NCBI GenBank assembly: GCA_043228905.1
Contig: JBHGNT010000005.1
Span: forward strand, 5,518,001-5,582,000
Source of the DNA: Azolla caroliniana
Taxonomy: Eukaryota; Plantae; Polypodiophyta
Direction of reading: 5' to 3'
Length of the DNA: 64,000 bases
Shown: piece by piece, positions 14,150 to 26,939 of the stretch
Layout: every line of letters starts with the position of its first letter
Numbering within the stretch: the first letter of the stretch is position 1
Translations under genes and position numbers: made by a program
The notes under the pieces: model-generated
Databases searched by the model: none
The model's input: the letters and a program-made list of their open reading frames with translations, nothing else
Told to the model about the DNA's origin: nothing

Positions 14150-14719
14150 ATAGAGGGATATTTTTAGAATCCATGAGGGATATTCATACATTAAAGTTTA
14201 GCACCAAGTTTCGATGTGTGAATAAGGCATACACATAATGAGCTCAACCTTCTAGGTGTTCTCTTTAGTGTTATACTCAAGTCATCACGCCCTCTTAATA
14301 TCATCATAGTTTTCACGAATTGCACTATATGTAGAGCATGTAAAAAGCAAGTGATATTCATCCTCTACTAGCCCACCCTTGCATACCTTACATGCCTTTT
14401 ATTTGGCTAATTTTGATTCCATAAAGAAACATTCAATACGTAGGTTGTGTGATCGAGTGCGTAGGAATGTTATGGCTCTATGAGAGTTAATACTCATGAA
14501 TAATGAGGTAAGGTTGAATATAATCAATAGGCCTTCTTGCATTACATAGAACCCAACGTTCAGGATTGATGTTTGCAATGTAATTTTGTAATTTTGTCCT
14601 TTTAGCATCATTCCACTTCTTCCTTAGTGGGTCCATTAATCTTTCCTCAATAACCACATATTTCATAGCATTACTTGAAAGGTCTAGGAGATCTTCCACA
14701 TCCCATCTTTTGATGTGAC
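14150..14719 (-). mobile_element. Degenerate LINE 3' fragment
   Basis: Frames read KRWDVEDLL...YIANINP...QPYL...FLRTRSHNLRIE...CKGGLVEDEYHLLFTCSTY (C-terminal CCHC region). Same family as the fragment at 36360. Confidence 0.7.
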
Positions 14720-14754
14720 ATTCTTAGTCACATCAAAAGATGGGATGTGGAAGA
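14692..14754. repeat. Perfect 28-bp inverted repeat with 7-nt loop
   Basis: tcttccacatcccatcttttgatgtgac (14692-14719), loop attctta, gtcacatcaaaagatgggatgtggaaga (14727-14754). Confidence 0.97.
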
Positions 14755-16158
14755 GAGCCAAATTTTTAGTGTTTTTAGGACATCATCAATAACACCCAAG
14801 TGACCTTTGGCCTAGTTACGCACAAAAATGATGAACAAATGGTCAATTGTGACATTCTTAATTATATTGGTGTGTGATAAAATTGCAACTTGCCAAAGTT
14901 AGGAGGAAATATTCGCTAAGTGAGTGCAAGTATTATTCCATAACATGGAGATGTGGATATACTACGATCAAAGAAGCCGAAGACCTAGCAAGCGACCCAA
15001 CCAACTGCACACCCGAGGGATAGTTGTGAAGCTACCATCAAGAACAAAGAAGGGCCAAGTGATGCTACTAGGGAAGAAAATTTGAGAAACGATGAGACAA
15101 GTGTAGTCTTACATTAATACTTGATCTTCGTAGACATTTATGTGATCTAATGATCTAACATTAATTACATACCATCACAATCAAATGTTGCAACTATAAG
15201 TTTAAATAAACTCACATAAGCAATTAACAACCAAACGAAAAGGTCAAAATCATGAAAATGTTCAATGGCATGAGTAATCAAAAATTGTTTTAATATTAAG
15301 GCGAATACTAATCATTCAGGAAAACATGTTATACATTAGCTGGTAGTGAGTTAAGATATTGTTAATAATGAGTTAACATGAGGAATTGAGTTGACAATAA
15401 GGTCCTCTAGAAGTAGTAATGGTATGTGCAATATAGATAACATTAATTATGAAAGGAAACATTCACAATATAATACCAAATGTAGCTATTAGTGGTGTCT
15501 ATTGAATCCTTTGTACATGCCAATCCAAATTGTGTATAAATAAATATAGTAGATTCTAATCAATATTCATGTATCATCAAATATAATTGTGTCAAGAGAT
15601 TAACCAACACAATTGATTCTATGGTGAAGTTTATGTGGACATTAGAGTTCACAAGAGTATCTACTTCTAGGTAGTGATCATAGATTGAATTCAATGGCTA
15701 TCTGAGCCCATGGCCATTCAATAGCTAATGAAGCTACTCAATTGTGTTAATTTCCTTCTAGTGATACATTATACAATAGCATAACAACATTCTATTATGT
15801 ATGTTGACATGTGATGGTAATTGCAATTGCAATTGCATGCATAATGTAATAAATAATTTTGTAGTATTGTTATGACTTGAGAAGAAACAACAAAACACCC
15901 CAATCCGGATTCTCACTTAGTTTAATAAATCAATTAGTTGTAAAAGTGGGCATGCATACCTCAACACTCTCTCCTTCAATACACATATTCTTACATGCAA
16001 TGAACAATATCATTAGAGACTAGTTTGTTTGGGCAACAATTATTTAGTAATTTGCCAAGAGATGAAAGTATAGGGAATAATGGGAAATACCTTAGTTGAC
16101 ATAGAAAACAAACTTGAGATATAACTTAACTAGTACATCATAACACATATTTGCAATT

Positions 16159-17065
16159 TCAATGAGGTAATCTAGGATAGGCATTTACAACTAAAGGAGT
16201 TTCTAGCCTTACAATAATCCCAAGTGATTCATTAAGTTTCGGTTTGCTACAAGCCTTCCACTCAAAACTATGAAGCAGGCTAGCCAAAAGGAACTCGGTA
16301 GTTATTACTCCTAGCGGCATCCCTGGGCACATACGTCTTCCTGAACCAAAGGGTAGGAGGTCAAAGTTTACTCCATGTACACTAGTTGCATCTAAAAATC
16401 TTTGTGGATGAAATCGTGAAGGATTATCCCACACATTTGGATCATGACCTATTGCCCAAACATTTATGTATATTTCCGTATCAGCAAGAATTTCATAACC
16501 AAGTAGTTCACATGATTGTGTTAGCTTATGTGGTAGAAGTAATGGTAGAACAGGATGCATCCTCATGGTTTCCTTTACCACAGCAGATAGATAAGGCAAA
16601 TTTGGAAGATCTGATATATTAGCAAGTTTTGTATCTCCCACAATCCTCTTGAGTTCACTTTGTAACAAATCCATTTTATCTGGATTTGCTAGCAACTCTG
16701 CAAGTGCCCATTCAACTGTGATAGAAGATGTGTCGGTTCCCCCTACAAACATATCCTGTTAAAGAAAGAAAGTTAATTTGGAAATGTTTTAATAAAGGAA
16801 TTTTTTTGGCACACTATTGCATTGCATTGAGCTCATGTTAGCTCCTACATAATGAGGCTTTCAATTAACTTTCTAGAAGGAAGTAGTCAAATGACAAATT
16901 TGATATCATGTAATAATTTGGCACATTTTTATTTTGAGACCCATGCACCTTGTTTTTATGCACATGCAAGTGTCAATCCCCCAACCTCCAAAAAAACACC
17001 CATTGAGTCATATATCATATGCATGCATACAAAATCACAATGCATGTGTGTGTGTGCGTGCGCGC

Positions 17066-17117
<52 letters not shown>

Positions 17118-19974
17118 GGCAAAGGCATGCATGCATACAGGTCTCACATATACATACTTGTCAATGTATGTCAACATACATGAAAATGGTTTATGTGTGC
17201 TCAACGTAATGGGGTTGATTTTTTTAAGTGTATTCATATAAATATATCATACCATTAAGGTGGACACTATATTGTCGTCAGTGATTTCAACATCTTCATC
17301 TTTGATTGATAAAGAGAATATTAAGGAAATCCACATTCAAAGGTATTGTACTTTTCGCCATAGTGTCTCGACGTTCACAAATAATTTCCTTCAAATGATT
17401 GTTAAGCTTTATTGAGACATCCTTTGCACGTCGACCACAACCCTTTACCAGTATAAAATCACGGTTCACAACCAAAATATATGCTTAGTAATGAAATTAA
17501 AGGTAAAAAAAAGGCCAAAGGGGAAACAAGTTTAAACCCAAATGATGTATTCAAAAAGAGCGAAACCACACATAAAACTGGTGACATCTTAACCAAACAT
17601 GAAAATGGTCAAAGAGAGAAATCATGATGAAACCAAACATGATAATGTTATTACACTAGCAAGAGTAAAAAACACTCATATTGTAGAACATGGTTTGTGG
17701 ACCATTAATTTGGAAACTGTCTAACATCAATAGCTTAAGATATTATTATTATTGACTTTTATAGTTCGTATATCCTAATTAATTTAGGAAAAAAAAAATC
17801 AACCATGATAATGTTTTTATATTATGAGTAAAACGCTCATATTGTGGACCATTAATTTGGAAACTTGTGGAACATCAACAACTCAAGCTATTATTGTTGT
17901 ATTGACTTTTATGGTTTGTATAATTTATCCTAATTAATGTGGGACTAATGATAATAATTCAACATCTAACCACACTTTCCAATGTCAGTATTGATGAGTT
18001 CCTTAAATCCTTCTCTTTCATCTTTATTTTTGTGCGTTGTAGTATTAACGTAAGTATTTGGATAACCATACGGACATTCAAAGTAACTTGATACTCCATT
18101 TTTAAGATGATAAAAAATGCATTTTATGTTTCAATGGTTGCTACATTTTGGAGGTAATCTCCTTGCCAAGTCTTGAAGAAGATCAAAGTGAAACACAAAG
18201 AACAAATAATATGATATGTTGAGAGAGGGCCATTACTTGAAGGTCTCTGGAATACCCAAAACTACAAGACTAAGGCATAGTCCCTTTTGTATTCATTAGG
18301 TGATCGCCGAAAGCTAGGTACTTATAACATGGACTAGGAGAGTTGCACTTGGACTTGAATGCCACGCAAGCCAAATCACATGAACTTAAAAGAAGAAATA
18401 CTACTTGTGTGAGGGGTAATATCAGACGAACAATAACAAAAGTACACACCATAAGTTAGTTGTAATATAGCTTCAATGCATAGTAACGTGGGCCTAAATG
18501 TAGCAGTAAAGCATGCACCTAAGGAGGAATTTATGTCTTCCAAGTATTTTATGACCTTCAAAGCAATCAATACTATGTGGATTTATCTATGGTTTCCTTG
18601 TGTTATGTTTTCATGATCCTTACTAGTAAAATGAGGCTTTAAAGCTAACCATTTCACCGATTCATTATCATAGTACCTCAAGAAACACATTAGCTATAAA
18701 GATACTTACCTGGAGATCCATCCATGCCAAAGAGGGGATAAGGTCACTAATATTGTTTTCACCCATGTACTTAATAGAGTTGAGTAATAACTCAACAAAG
18801 CTTTCCTTGTGTTGTTTGCTAGATTGAATCTCATCCAAGGTCTTCCCCAAAGTCATCCTTGATATTATGTTGTTAGTGCATTTGTGAAGCCTATTTCGAA
18901 TGACGAGATTACCATTATATCCGACAGAGTCTCGAATGGAGGATAGCATGGCATGCACTTCTTCGCATATGATTGGCCTGGACAAAACATATAATATAAG
19001 ATCACTGTATAAATTGTCAGGAACTGAACCCAAATAAGAGGAGATCTTAGTTGAAAGTTTTGGGTTCAATCGTTTTTGTAGTAAAACTTTTATTACTATA
19101 GGGCACAATGGACCATCTGGACTTTGAAGTTAGCTTTTTTAAGCAATAATAAGGTCTTTTGATCGAAAACCAACGCATTAGAGTTAACTTATTTAAGCAA
19201 CCCCTCAGGCAGGTTTGATTGTCTGCAACTTATAGACATCATCACACAACAAATTTACACTCTTTACTTTGAGTGCTTCTAAGCTCTTTAGCGTGGATTA
19301 GTGCTTCTTAGATCTTTACTCTCTAATTGACACTTATATTATTCTCTTTATTCTTTGGGTTCAATCATTACAAAACTAAAGGGAGGGCAAATGTGTTCGA
19401 GGATTCTCCGTAGAAGATCCGAAGAAAGGTATTGCGAATAATAATACCTGAATCCGAAGAGACTCTTGGGAGTGAAGAGCTGGGTTGTGCACACGCGGCG
19501 CATGAGCTTCCATTGGGGACCGGGGTCGGAAAAGCCGATGCCCGTTGGGGGCGAGCCGCAAATGATGGACGCGACCACGCTACGCGCTCGGCTTGAGAAG
19601 ATGTCGTCGTGCTTCTGGAGGACGAGGCGGGCGGCATCGGGTGACGACACCACCATGAGGCGGCGTGATCCGCCCAGCCGGAACCCCATCAATGGCCCGT
19701 ATCGCTTGCTCATCTCGCATAATGCCTGGTGCAAGGGCAGGTGCCATGTCAGCACCATAAGATGAGGTAGGTTTCCAATGATGGGCAATGCCCATCTGTG
19801 AGGCCCCGGTGGAGGCGACAACCGCTGCTTAGCGGGCGTCTTTGTCGTTGGTTTGCGCCTAGCGCCCAAGGATCCTATAGATGCTACCAACAATCGGACT
19901 ACTAATATTCCTCCGATCGCAGAGAGCATCAATGCCGGAATTAGCAGCGTGGTGGTGTTCCATAAAATCATCAT
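16159..19974 (-). pseudogene. Cytochrome P450 (CYP71 clan), frameshifted copy
   Basis: Exons 19974-19448, 18977-18710, 17442-17253 and 16755-16159, all with GT-AG introns. Motifs PPGP, GGTDTS, ETMR and PFGSGRRMCPG are present. Exon 3 is 190 nt versus 189 nt in the paralog: ATT CTC TTT ATC AAT CAA AGA TGA gives a premature stop. Confidence 0.85.
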
Positions 19975-21322
19975 GATTGCTCCTCAAACATCCCATTTGT
20001 ATGTATACATTACCTTACACGAAGAGGAAAACCCAAATTGGAGCTACTAACTAGAAACCATTGTGTGTGCTTTGTTTTAAAAGTTGTGCTCTCCAATAAT
20101 TGAAAAATGTTGTAGCATACATATTATAGTACACACAAATATCTTATATTACATAAAAATCATGAATTCGTTGTCTTCCACCCCGTTTGACCAATACAAT
20201 TTTGCTTGTTTCTCTCATAGTCCTCTCCATTAATTAGATTTACAATGGGGACTCTATTTTCTTTTATGCACAAAATATGCCTGAAATGCAAATCATAATG
20301 AGTGTGGTCTACATCATCGACGCTTTCTTTGCTGTCCGAGGATTGCCAAATTTTCTAGCAGCAAGTTAACTTTCATAAATGCCGAATATCTTGACATTTC
20401 AACGATGTTCCAAGTTACGTGTTGTAACGTGAAACGCATATGAGTGTCTGTATCAGCAGTTATTTCTTGTCAAAACTCACATAGAATTTCTAGTGTGGAG
20501 TTACATCTTCGTAAATGCTGAATATGTTGACATTTCAACAACATTCAACTATAATCTATGTCTCTCGAGGCAAAACTCATGTTAATGTTTCTCATTCATT
20601 GAAAGCGAAGGCATGACATCTTAATGTGTTTCTTATCCAGACCTATAAAAGAATTGTGTTCACTCAAAAAGGGTTACGAGAGTATCCGATGTATTCTGCA
20701 TCTCCATTTGGTGAAATGATAAGATTAAGAAAGTGACGTACAAAAGTCATGTGATCAATGCATTTACCTACCAAGGTATGATAGAGGTTAAGATTTCTAT
20801 AGTACCTTGAACCACAAAGATATCCCCATATATTGTGGTTCATCAATCTTGTCTCATCCTATATATGATAATACATAAACTACTTTGTCCCCTTGTACAG
20901 CCGATTGCCTTGTCTTCTTGTCATAGTCAATTCCCTCATTGTGATAAAGTGGAATTATCACTCTATAACGTCCTCTTCACACTCTATATGTAAGTCTATT
21001 CTACACTTTATATTTTCATTTTCACTATCCATATATATGCTCTTTTTAATGTTGTTTGGCACTTCCTGTCCTCTTTCAATGCCATATATATAATGTACAT
21101 GTATTTCAGAAAGCTATAGCATGTGTATATAACTACAAATTGATGAAACTTTCTTTGGAGAGAAACGAAAACGATGATAATATTTTGGCCTTCTCTGCAA
21201 GCTAGAAGAGTTTAAACTTACAAAATCCATAAACAACAATGCAATATACTCTCTTGTGATGGCAGAGTGAATACATTTGGCTCATGTATTTTCTTATAAA
21301 GATCCTTTTTGTATGTTTACGT

Positions 21323-22091
21323 TGTCGTGAGGATTTCTGGCAATGGCGAGAAAACCGGGTGGAGCGAATAAAACGACGATGTGCAACATTTGCACATCAA
21401 CATCGAGAAAATGTAAATATTTATGAGAAAGGAAACAGAACTATAAGGTGTTGAAGTCCACTAAGGAGTTAGTGAGAGGTACGTGTGATGATGAGTACTT
21501 TAGTGTACATCCCACGTTAGGTAGTAGGTAGTGGGGTAGGAGTTAGAAGAGAGTTAATGTAACACTCCCTAGAATCGAGGCAAATATCCTCCTTTGAAAA
21601 GGAGGGAAATATTTTGCTTCCCACATTGTAACGCCCCTCCCTCCTTGGACTATAAAAGGGGGTGAGGGGCTCTTCTTTAGGGGTTCCTCGTTTTTTGTTT
21701 GTTCCCCGATTTTGTGTTTTCTCTCTCTCACTCTCCCTCTGAGTTTAAGGATTCCATTTTGTTTGTGTCAAGTGTGTTTTGGTGTTAAGGTTTAGTCCTG
21801 CTAGAGCTCTTATGCTCTAAGGGTTTCAGTTTTTGAAGTGTCATCGGCGCAAGGCCTCCACTTGCAATGACGAGCTCGTGAGCTCCCCGACTAGAGGCTT
21901 GTTTGCAGACACTCGTTGTGTCGAATCCGTTTGGTCTAGCTCAAAGTCGGAGTTGTAACTTGTCTACACACACACACACACACACACACAAGATTGTGCG
22001 TAACTATGTCTCTGTCGGTGTCAGTTGCATTTCTTTCTTTCTAGTTTCTACAGACAAGGGTGTGTGTCGAGTAAGAGCATCGTGCACATAT

Positions 22092-22163
<72 letters not shown>

Positions 22164-22301
22164 TCGATTGCTTACGGTGCGTATCCGGAAATGCTCTAGT
22201 TGGTGTCCTGGCCGGTCGTTGGAACCAGTGAAGCTCGTTCTTTCATCCTCCGTTTCTCTCAGGTCCAAGACCCTAGTGGTCCTGCCTCAGATCCTAGACA
22301 T
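21323..22301 (+). mobile_element. LTR (3' end lost or interrupted) of the tRNA-Trp-primed family
   Basis: Starts TGTCGTGAGGATTTC after ACGT. TATA box (ctataaaagg) near 21650. Co-linear with the reverse complement of the LTR at 43042-44303. Confidence 0.75.
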
Positions 22302-23387
22302 TGTTGTGAAGATTTTTGGCAACTATGAGAAAATTGCATGGAATGTACAAAATCGAGTGTGGTTCTTCACACACAATATGAAACAATAATAGTGAAGATA
22401 TTATTTTATATTATTTTAATATCTTGGTACGAAAAGATGGATGTCTTCAAGAGCTTTCGAATGCATTTTACTACATGTGAAACGGACAACTTAGTGTCAA
22501 GTTATGTGGGTATGAAGTTTACGAAGAAGAAAAGAAAAAACAAAACTATGAGATATCCCACATAGATAGGACACGTAAGGATCCTAGCATATATAAGTAG
22601 GGCCAAAATCTATTACTTTGTGTTTATAAGTGCATTGTAGAATGTTAAAGGTGACTTGAGCTAAATTAACTACATGAATGGGTGTGGCCTAACTACTTGT
22701 ATAGGTTTTGGTCGACCGGACGGAGCCGCCGAGACGACGACGGGGACCAGGATCGGATCGGTATCGGATTGAACTGGTCAGGACAGATGGATTGGTTAGT
22801 TGATCGCGGTGCATGGTGTTTTGAAGATTTTCGGTGTAAATACAAGACCAAAAGCCTAGTAGTATTTTGTGTTTTAAAAAGGATTTGAGCAAAGCTTAAA
22901 CCTTGCACCTCCAAGATAGGAAGCAATATACTTACCACTAAGCCAAGTCATTTCATTAGAAGCTATATTTTTATCATTATACTTTTACATGTAAATTCTC
23001 ATACATGAGAGCTTAGATGATGACATGGCAAGCATGCATTGCATGCATTTCATGCATTACGTGCATGTCTTGCACCCTCACATGCACCATATGCATGAGG
23101 GCATCTATAAAAGAGTGGAGGAATCAAGCTAATGAAAACTAATGAAAAATTTGAGAAAAATAAGAAACTTGTAATCCTATTGTTGATGTATCTTCTCTCT
23201 TAAATCTAAAAGTTAAAAGTTCAATCTTTATCTCAATATCTCTCTTTCGTCAAATCAATCTCTCTCTATCTATCTTAAATACTTTCTCGCTAAAGTTAGT
23301 GCAAACTTCAAATCCTTGCGGTCCAGGACCCCGGTGGTTCCGCCTCACGATCTGCACGTAGTGATGGATCTTCACGACATAATTAAG

Positions 23388-23404
23388 TGGTGAACCCGAC
23401 GTGA
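23388..23404 (+). other. Primer binding site complementary to tRNA-Trp
   Basis: TGGTGAACCCGACGTGA is the reverse complement of the plant cytosolic tRNA-Trp 3' end (TCACGTCGGGTTCACCA). It starts 9 nt after the LTR end. Confidence 0.85.
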
Positions 23405-23451
23405 AAGAGGTGGTAAGAAGGATCAAGTCGAGGATCAACCGATACTTGGAG

Positions 23452-24153
23452 ATGGCGTCCTCAAGCAATCAATCAGGAGAGTTCAAAAGGATGATGCTAA
23501 TTGTCGAACAAATGATGAGATCTCGAGACAACGATGCAACCGTGGAGAAGGCCGTTGACCGTGTCATGGAGCTCGAGGGTCAATTTGATGGAAGGAACAT
23601 TACGAAGTTCCTTGATGCATACAGAAGGGAGATGAATCAGAGGGACGTGTCTAAAGCGCGTCAAATCACAAGTTTCAAGAGAGTGGTCGGCAACAATATC
23701 CAAAGACGCGTCATCGAGCTTCAAGAAGGCAAGACAACATGGTCTGAATTCCAGAAAGCAATATTAGCGGAGTTCGCGACGGAAGATTTGTCGAGGATGA
23801 CTCGACATGCCTTGATGAAGTGGATAGAGAAGAAAAATAAGAAGATGAGCGCTTTGAGGGTGTACGACGAATTCGACCAGATGTTTAGTCGTCTCCCCAA
23901 CACGGACCAAGTGCTGCTTGAGGAGGACAAGACTTTGTACTTCTTGAAATCTGTAGATATGAAGGATAGACGAGAATTGGGGACTCTCCTCAAAGATGAT
24001 ACCCAAGTGAACTGGCTTGTGGCAGACTGGGCTGCGGTGAAGCGAGCGTGCAACAAGATCGATACGTGTCATCAATGGCTTGATAATATTGACTTGGTAA
24101 GGAAAGGAGTAGAAAAAACAAGACCACCTAAAGAAGTTGTGCCGACTTGGTAA
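23452..24153 (+). CDS. Truncated Gag-like ORF of LTR retrotransposon
   Basis: Open frame just after the PBS (QFDGRNITKFLDAYRREM...TWSEFQKAILAEF...DKTLYFLKSVD). Homologous to the gag relics at 42450-43003 and 44308-45790. Confidence 0.75.
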   Translation: MASSSNQSGEFKRMMLIVEQMMRSRDNDATVEKAVDRVMELEGQFDGRNITKFLDAYRREMNQRDVSKARQITSFKRVVGNNIQRRVIELQEGKTTWSEFQKAILAEFATEDLSRMTRHALMKWIEKKNKKMSALRVYDEFDQMFSRLPNTDQVLLEEDKTLYFLKSVDMKDRRELGTLLKDDTQVNWLVADWAAVKRACNKIDTCHQWLDNIDLVRKGVEKTRPPKEVVPTW

Positions 24154-24232
24154 GGACGTTTCAGACGGACGCGTATGTGCGGATGAGCGTGCGGACGCGT
24201 GTGTGTGCACGCGCACATGCGTGGACGTACGC

Positions 24233-24867
24233 TGTCGAGGTATTCCTCGCGGATGCGTGGAATGAGGCGGGACCTCGGGGGTCCTGTACCGAAGAGCAAG
24301 AGAGAAAGGAGAAGAGACCACTACGTGCGAGCGTGGATTCACAGGGACACGGCCCTTCGACACAAAGACGCGAGTGGGACAGCGACACAAAGAGACATGA
24401 ATGTATGTATGTAGTAACAAAGACAACAACAACAAGAACACGAAGTCGGTTACAACCGAACAGGCCGGCGAACAGATGTCGATGCCTGTTCGTAAATGCA
24501 CAGAAAGAAAGGTGTAGGTTGGAGGTGCTGCCGGAAGCACTCAGGCATTCCTCAGAGCAGCGCGAGCCTCCCGAAACCTGCACAGAAAGAAGCTATGGAG
24601 TATGGAAGAGAGAGAAGCCTTCGACCGACAGCCCGACAACACTTCGTCCTTGACTCTTCGCGATCCCTTCCTCCTCCTCGTCTCCCTCCTTTTATAGGCA
24701 AGAAGGGAGCCGTTTCCTATTAACTTCCTACCTACCGAATCTACCTACCTAGGATCTCCCATGTCCCTAATTCTCTCCTATGTACAACACAAGGCGTACG
24801 TGCATGAAGAGCCGGTTCCTATGCTCCGGCGCACCAATTCCGCTCGTGGACGGTTTTCTTCACGACA
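24233..24867 (-). mobile_element. Solo LTR
   Basis: On the minus strand reads TGTCGTGAAG...CCTCGACA. Perfect 4-bp TSD ACGC (24229-24232 and 24868-24871). TATA box (cctataaaagg) near 24690. Start resembles the LTR at 29037. Confidence 0.88.
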
Positions 24868-25686
24868 ACGCGTGGACGTGTATGTGCGGTGCGGACGCTT
24901 GTGTGCGCACGCGCGCATGCGTGGATGCGTACACTACGACGCGGTCGGGATGTGCGCATGCGTGGATTCGTACACTACTACGTGGTCGAGACTTTTGTGC
25001 GCTGACGCGTCTACGGTTTGGTTGCGACGCACGTACGGATTCAGCACGGGCTAAACTTTATGGATGATTGTGTCATTTGGCCGAATTATACGGACAATCG
25101 CATGCAACCAAAAGCCAAGGCCATGCAACTAAAAGTAAAAAGGCATGCATCTAAAAATGGAAGCATGCGACTAAAAGCAGAGGCCATGCAACTAAAAATA
25201 GAGGCCATCCGACTAAAAGTGGGCATGCAAAGTAACATTGGGGAAGAGGATCAACGAGGAGCTCGATATATGTCCCATTTTTTCCCTCCTAGTTTTTCTT
25301 TTTCTTTTTTTTTCCCCTTCTTTCTTCTTCCCTCTCGGATTGGAGAAGAAAATTATCTCACATATTGATATCAAACTCTTAGCTTTGTTTACTTGAGCTT
25401 TCTTGTAAAAAATTATCTCTCGTATTCATATCGGACCACTCCTTGCATGGTTGTTAGCTCCTTTCTTTGAAAAACTAATCTCTCATTTCCATACCCAACC
25501 CATTGTAACACGATTTTGAAATTATAAAGAATCGATTTTCTTTTGCAATAAACAAATGATTTGTCTCTCCCACTTGTCTTATGCTTAAAACTTGCTTGTG
25601 TTGTACATGTTGCACTAAATCCTTCTAGTCCAGAACCCCGACAGTTCCGCCTCACGATCCGCACATAGTGACGGATTTTCACGACA

Positions 25687-25842
25687 ACGTGGAAAACCCT
25701 GAGAGGGAAAAAACCACGGGAGTCCACAGACTCCAAACTATCACTATATATAAGAATGTACAATGGTGGAGCACCGAGGCAACGACCTCGAGCTTGCTAT
25801 CTTCGCCACAGTCGGCGGTTACAACAGAGATGCGAACTCTTC

Positions 25843-25897
<55 letters not shown>

Positions 25898-26200
25898 CAC
25901 TGTTACACACTCTCTCTTCTTGCACCAACAAGAATGACAACTACACTCTACATAAAAGTTTGCCCTAAGTCATATTTATACTAATATGACTTTTCGGCTA
26001 TTTACAAATATAGCCTCGATGGACTCTCATAAACATATTTACGAATATGTATCTTCATCCGGTGAGCACTCCTCACCGGGTCTGCACCATCCGGCTCTCC
26101 GTAGCCGGGTACTCCTCATCCGGTTTCGGCGGCCTCGGCCGAGTTTGCTCATCAACACTGTTCTTCTCCCTTCCCATCCGGAGGGACCTGTCTCCCAACA
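25687..26200 (-). mobile_element. Probable Copia-type LTR fragment
   Basis: Minus strand begins TGTTGGGAG (26200), contains tataaata, and ends in gggttttccacgt, a motif typical of Copia LTRs. The other end was not found. Confidence 0.45.
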
Positions 26201-26530
26201 TTTCCTTTATGTGAGTTCACATAATGAGCTATTAATTGATTAATAGTTTTCCCCTAATGTGAATCCACATAATGAGCTATTAATCGATTTATAACTTTCC
26301 CCTAATGTAAGTCCACATAATGAGCTATTAATCGATTAATAGTTTTTCCTTTATGTGAGCTCACATAATGAACTATTAATTGATTAATGGCTTTCCCTAA
26401 TATGAGTCCACATAATGAGCTATTAATCGATTAATAGTTTTTCCTTTATGTGAGCTCACATAATGAGCGATTAATCAATTAATAGCTTTCCCCTAATATG
26501 AGTCCACATAATGAGCTATTAATTGATTAA
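26201..26530. repeat. 48-bp minisatellite, about 7 copies, double-palindromic unit
   Basis: Unit cacataatgagctattaatcgattaatagtttttcctttatgtgagct recurs every 47-48 bp from 26218. Confidence 0.95.
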
Positions 26531-26939
26531 CCGATTGATAGTTTTCGCTTCATTGACCCTCACCCAACCTATGTAATGGTTGGAATGCAAGATCAAAGTT
26601 CAATTCATTTTGTGGTTCACAACATCAATTTTATTGAATGTTGATCATTTTGTTGTTTTTTGAATGTTTAAAATATAGTTTCAATTTGGTTTTATCTAAT
26701 TTCATCATGAAACAATGAAATATTTATGATCTCTATTTTGACCTCTATAAAAAAAGCGCACTTAATAGAATGGCACACTTAAATGGGCACACACTTAACC
26801 GAATGTCTATTGTATGTTTGGGGTTAATAACACGGTTTAAATTCTAAACTCTCTTCTCCTTTCCAATTTCAAGACCAATAGAGTTCTAAGATATTATAGA
26901 CATTTCCTGGCTGATATTATGTTTTTTATTATCTGCTAG

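Larger units (their letters stand above)
22302..25686 (+). mobile_element. Internally deleted or chimeric LTR retrotransposon (5' LTR 22302-23379, PBS, gag, related LTR end at 25686)
   Basis: LTR termini are TGTTGTGAAGAT...ATCTTCACGACA. About 65 bp of the LTR end is shared with the end at 25686. No pol sequence. Flanks are ACAT and ACGT. Confidence 0.7.

Noticed and set aside
23764-25067. Several overlapping ORFs of 95-258 aa
   Set aside because: They arise from GC-rich LTR sequence and the antisense strand of gag; no protein motifs.
26201-26530. CRISPR-like palindromic repeat array
   Set aside because: No unique spacers, no cas genes and a eukaryotic context; it is a tandem minisatellite.
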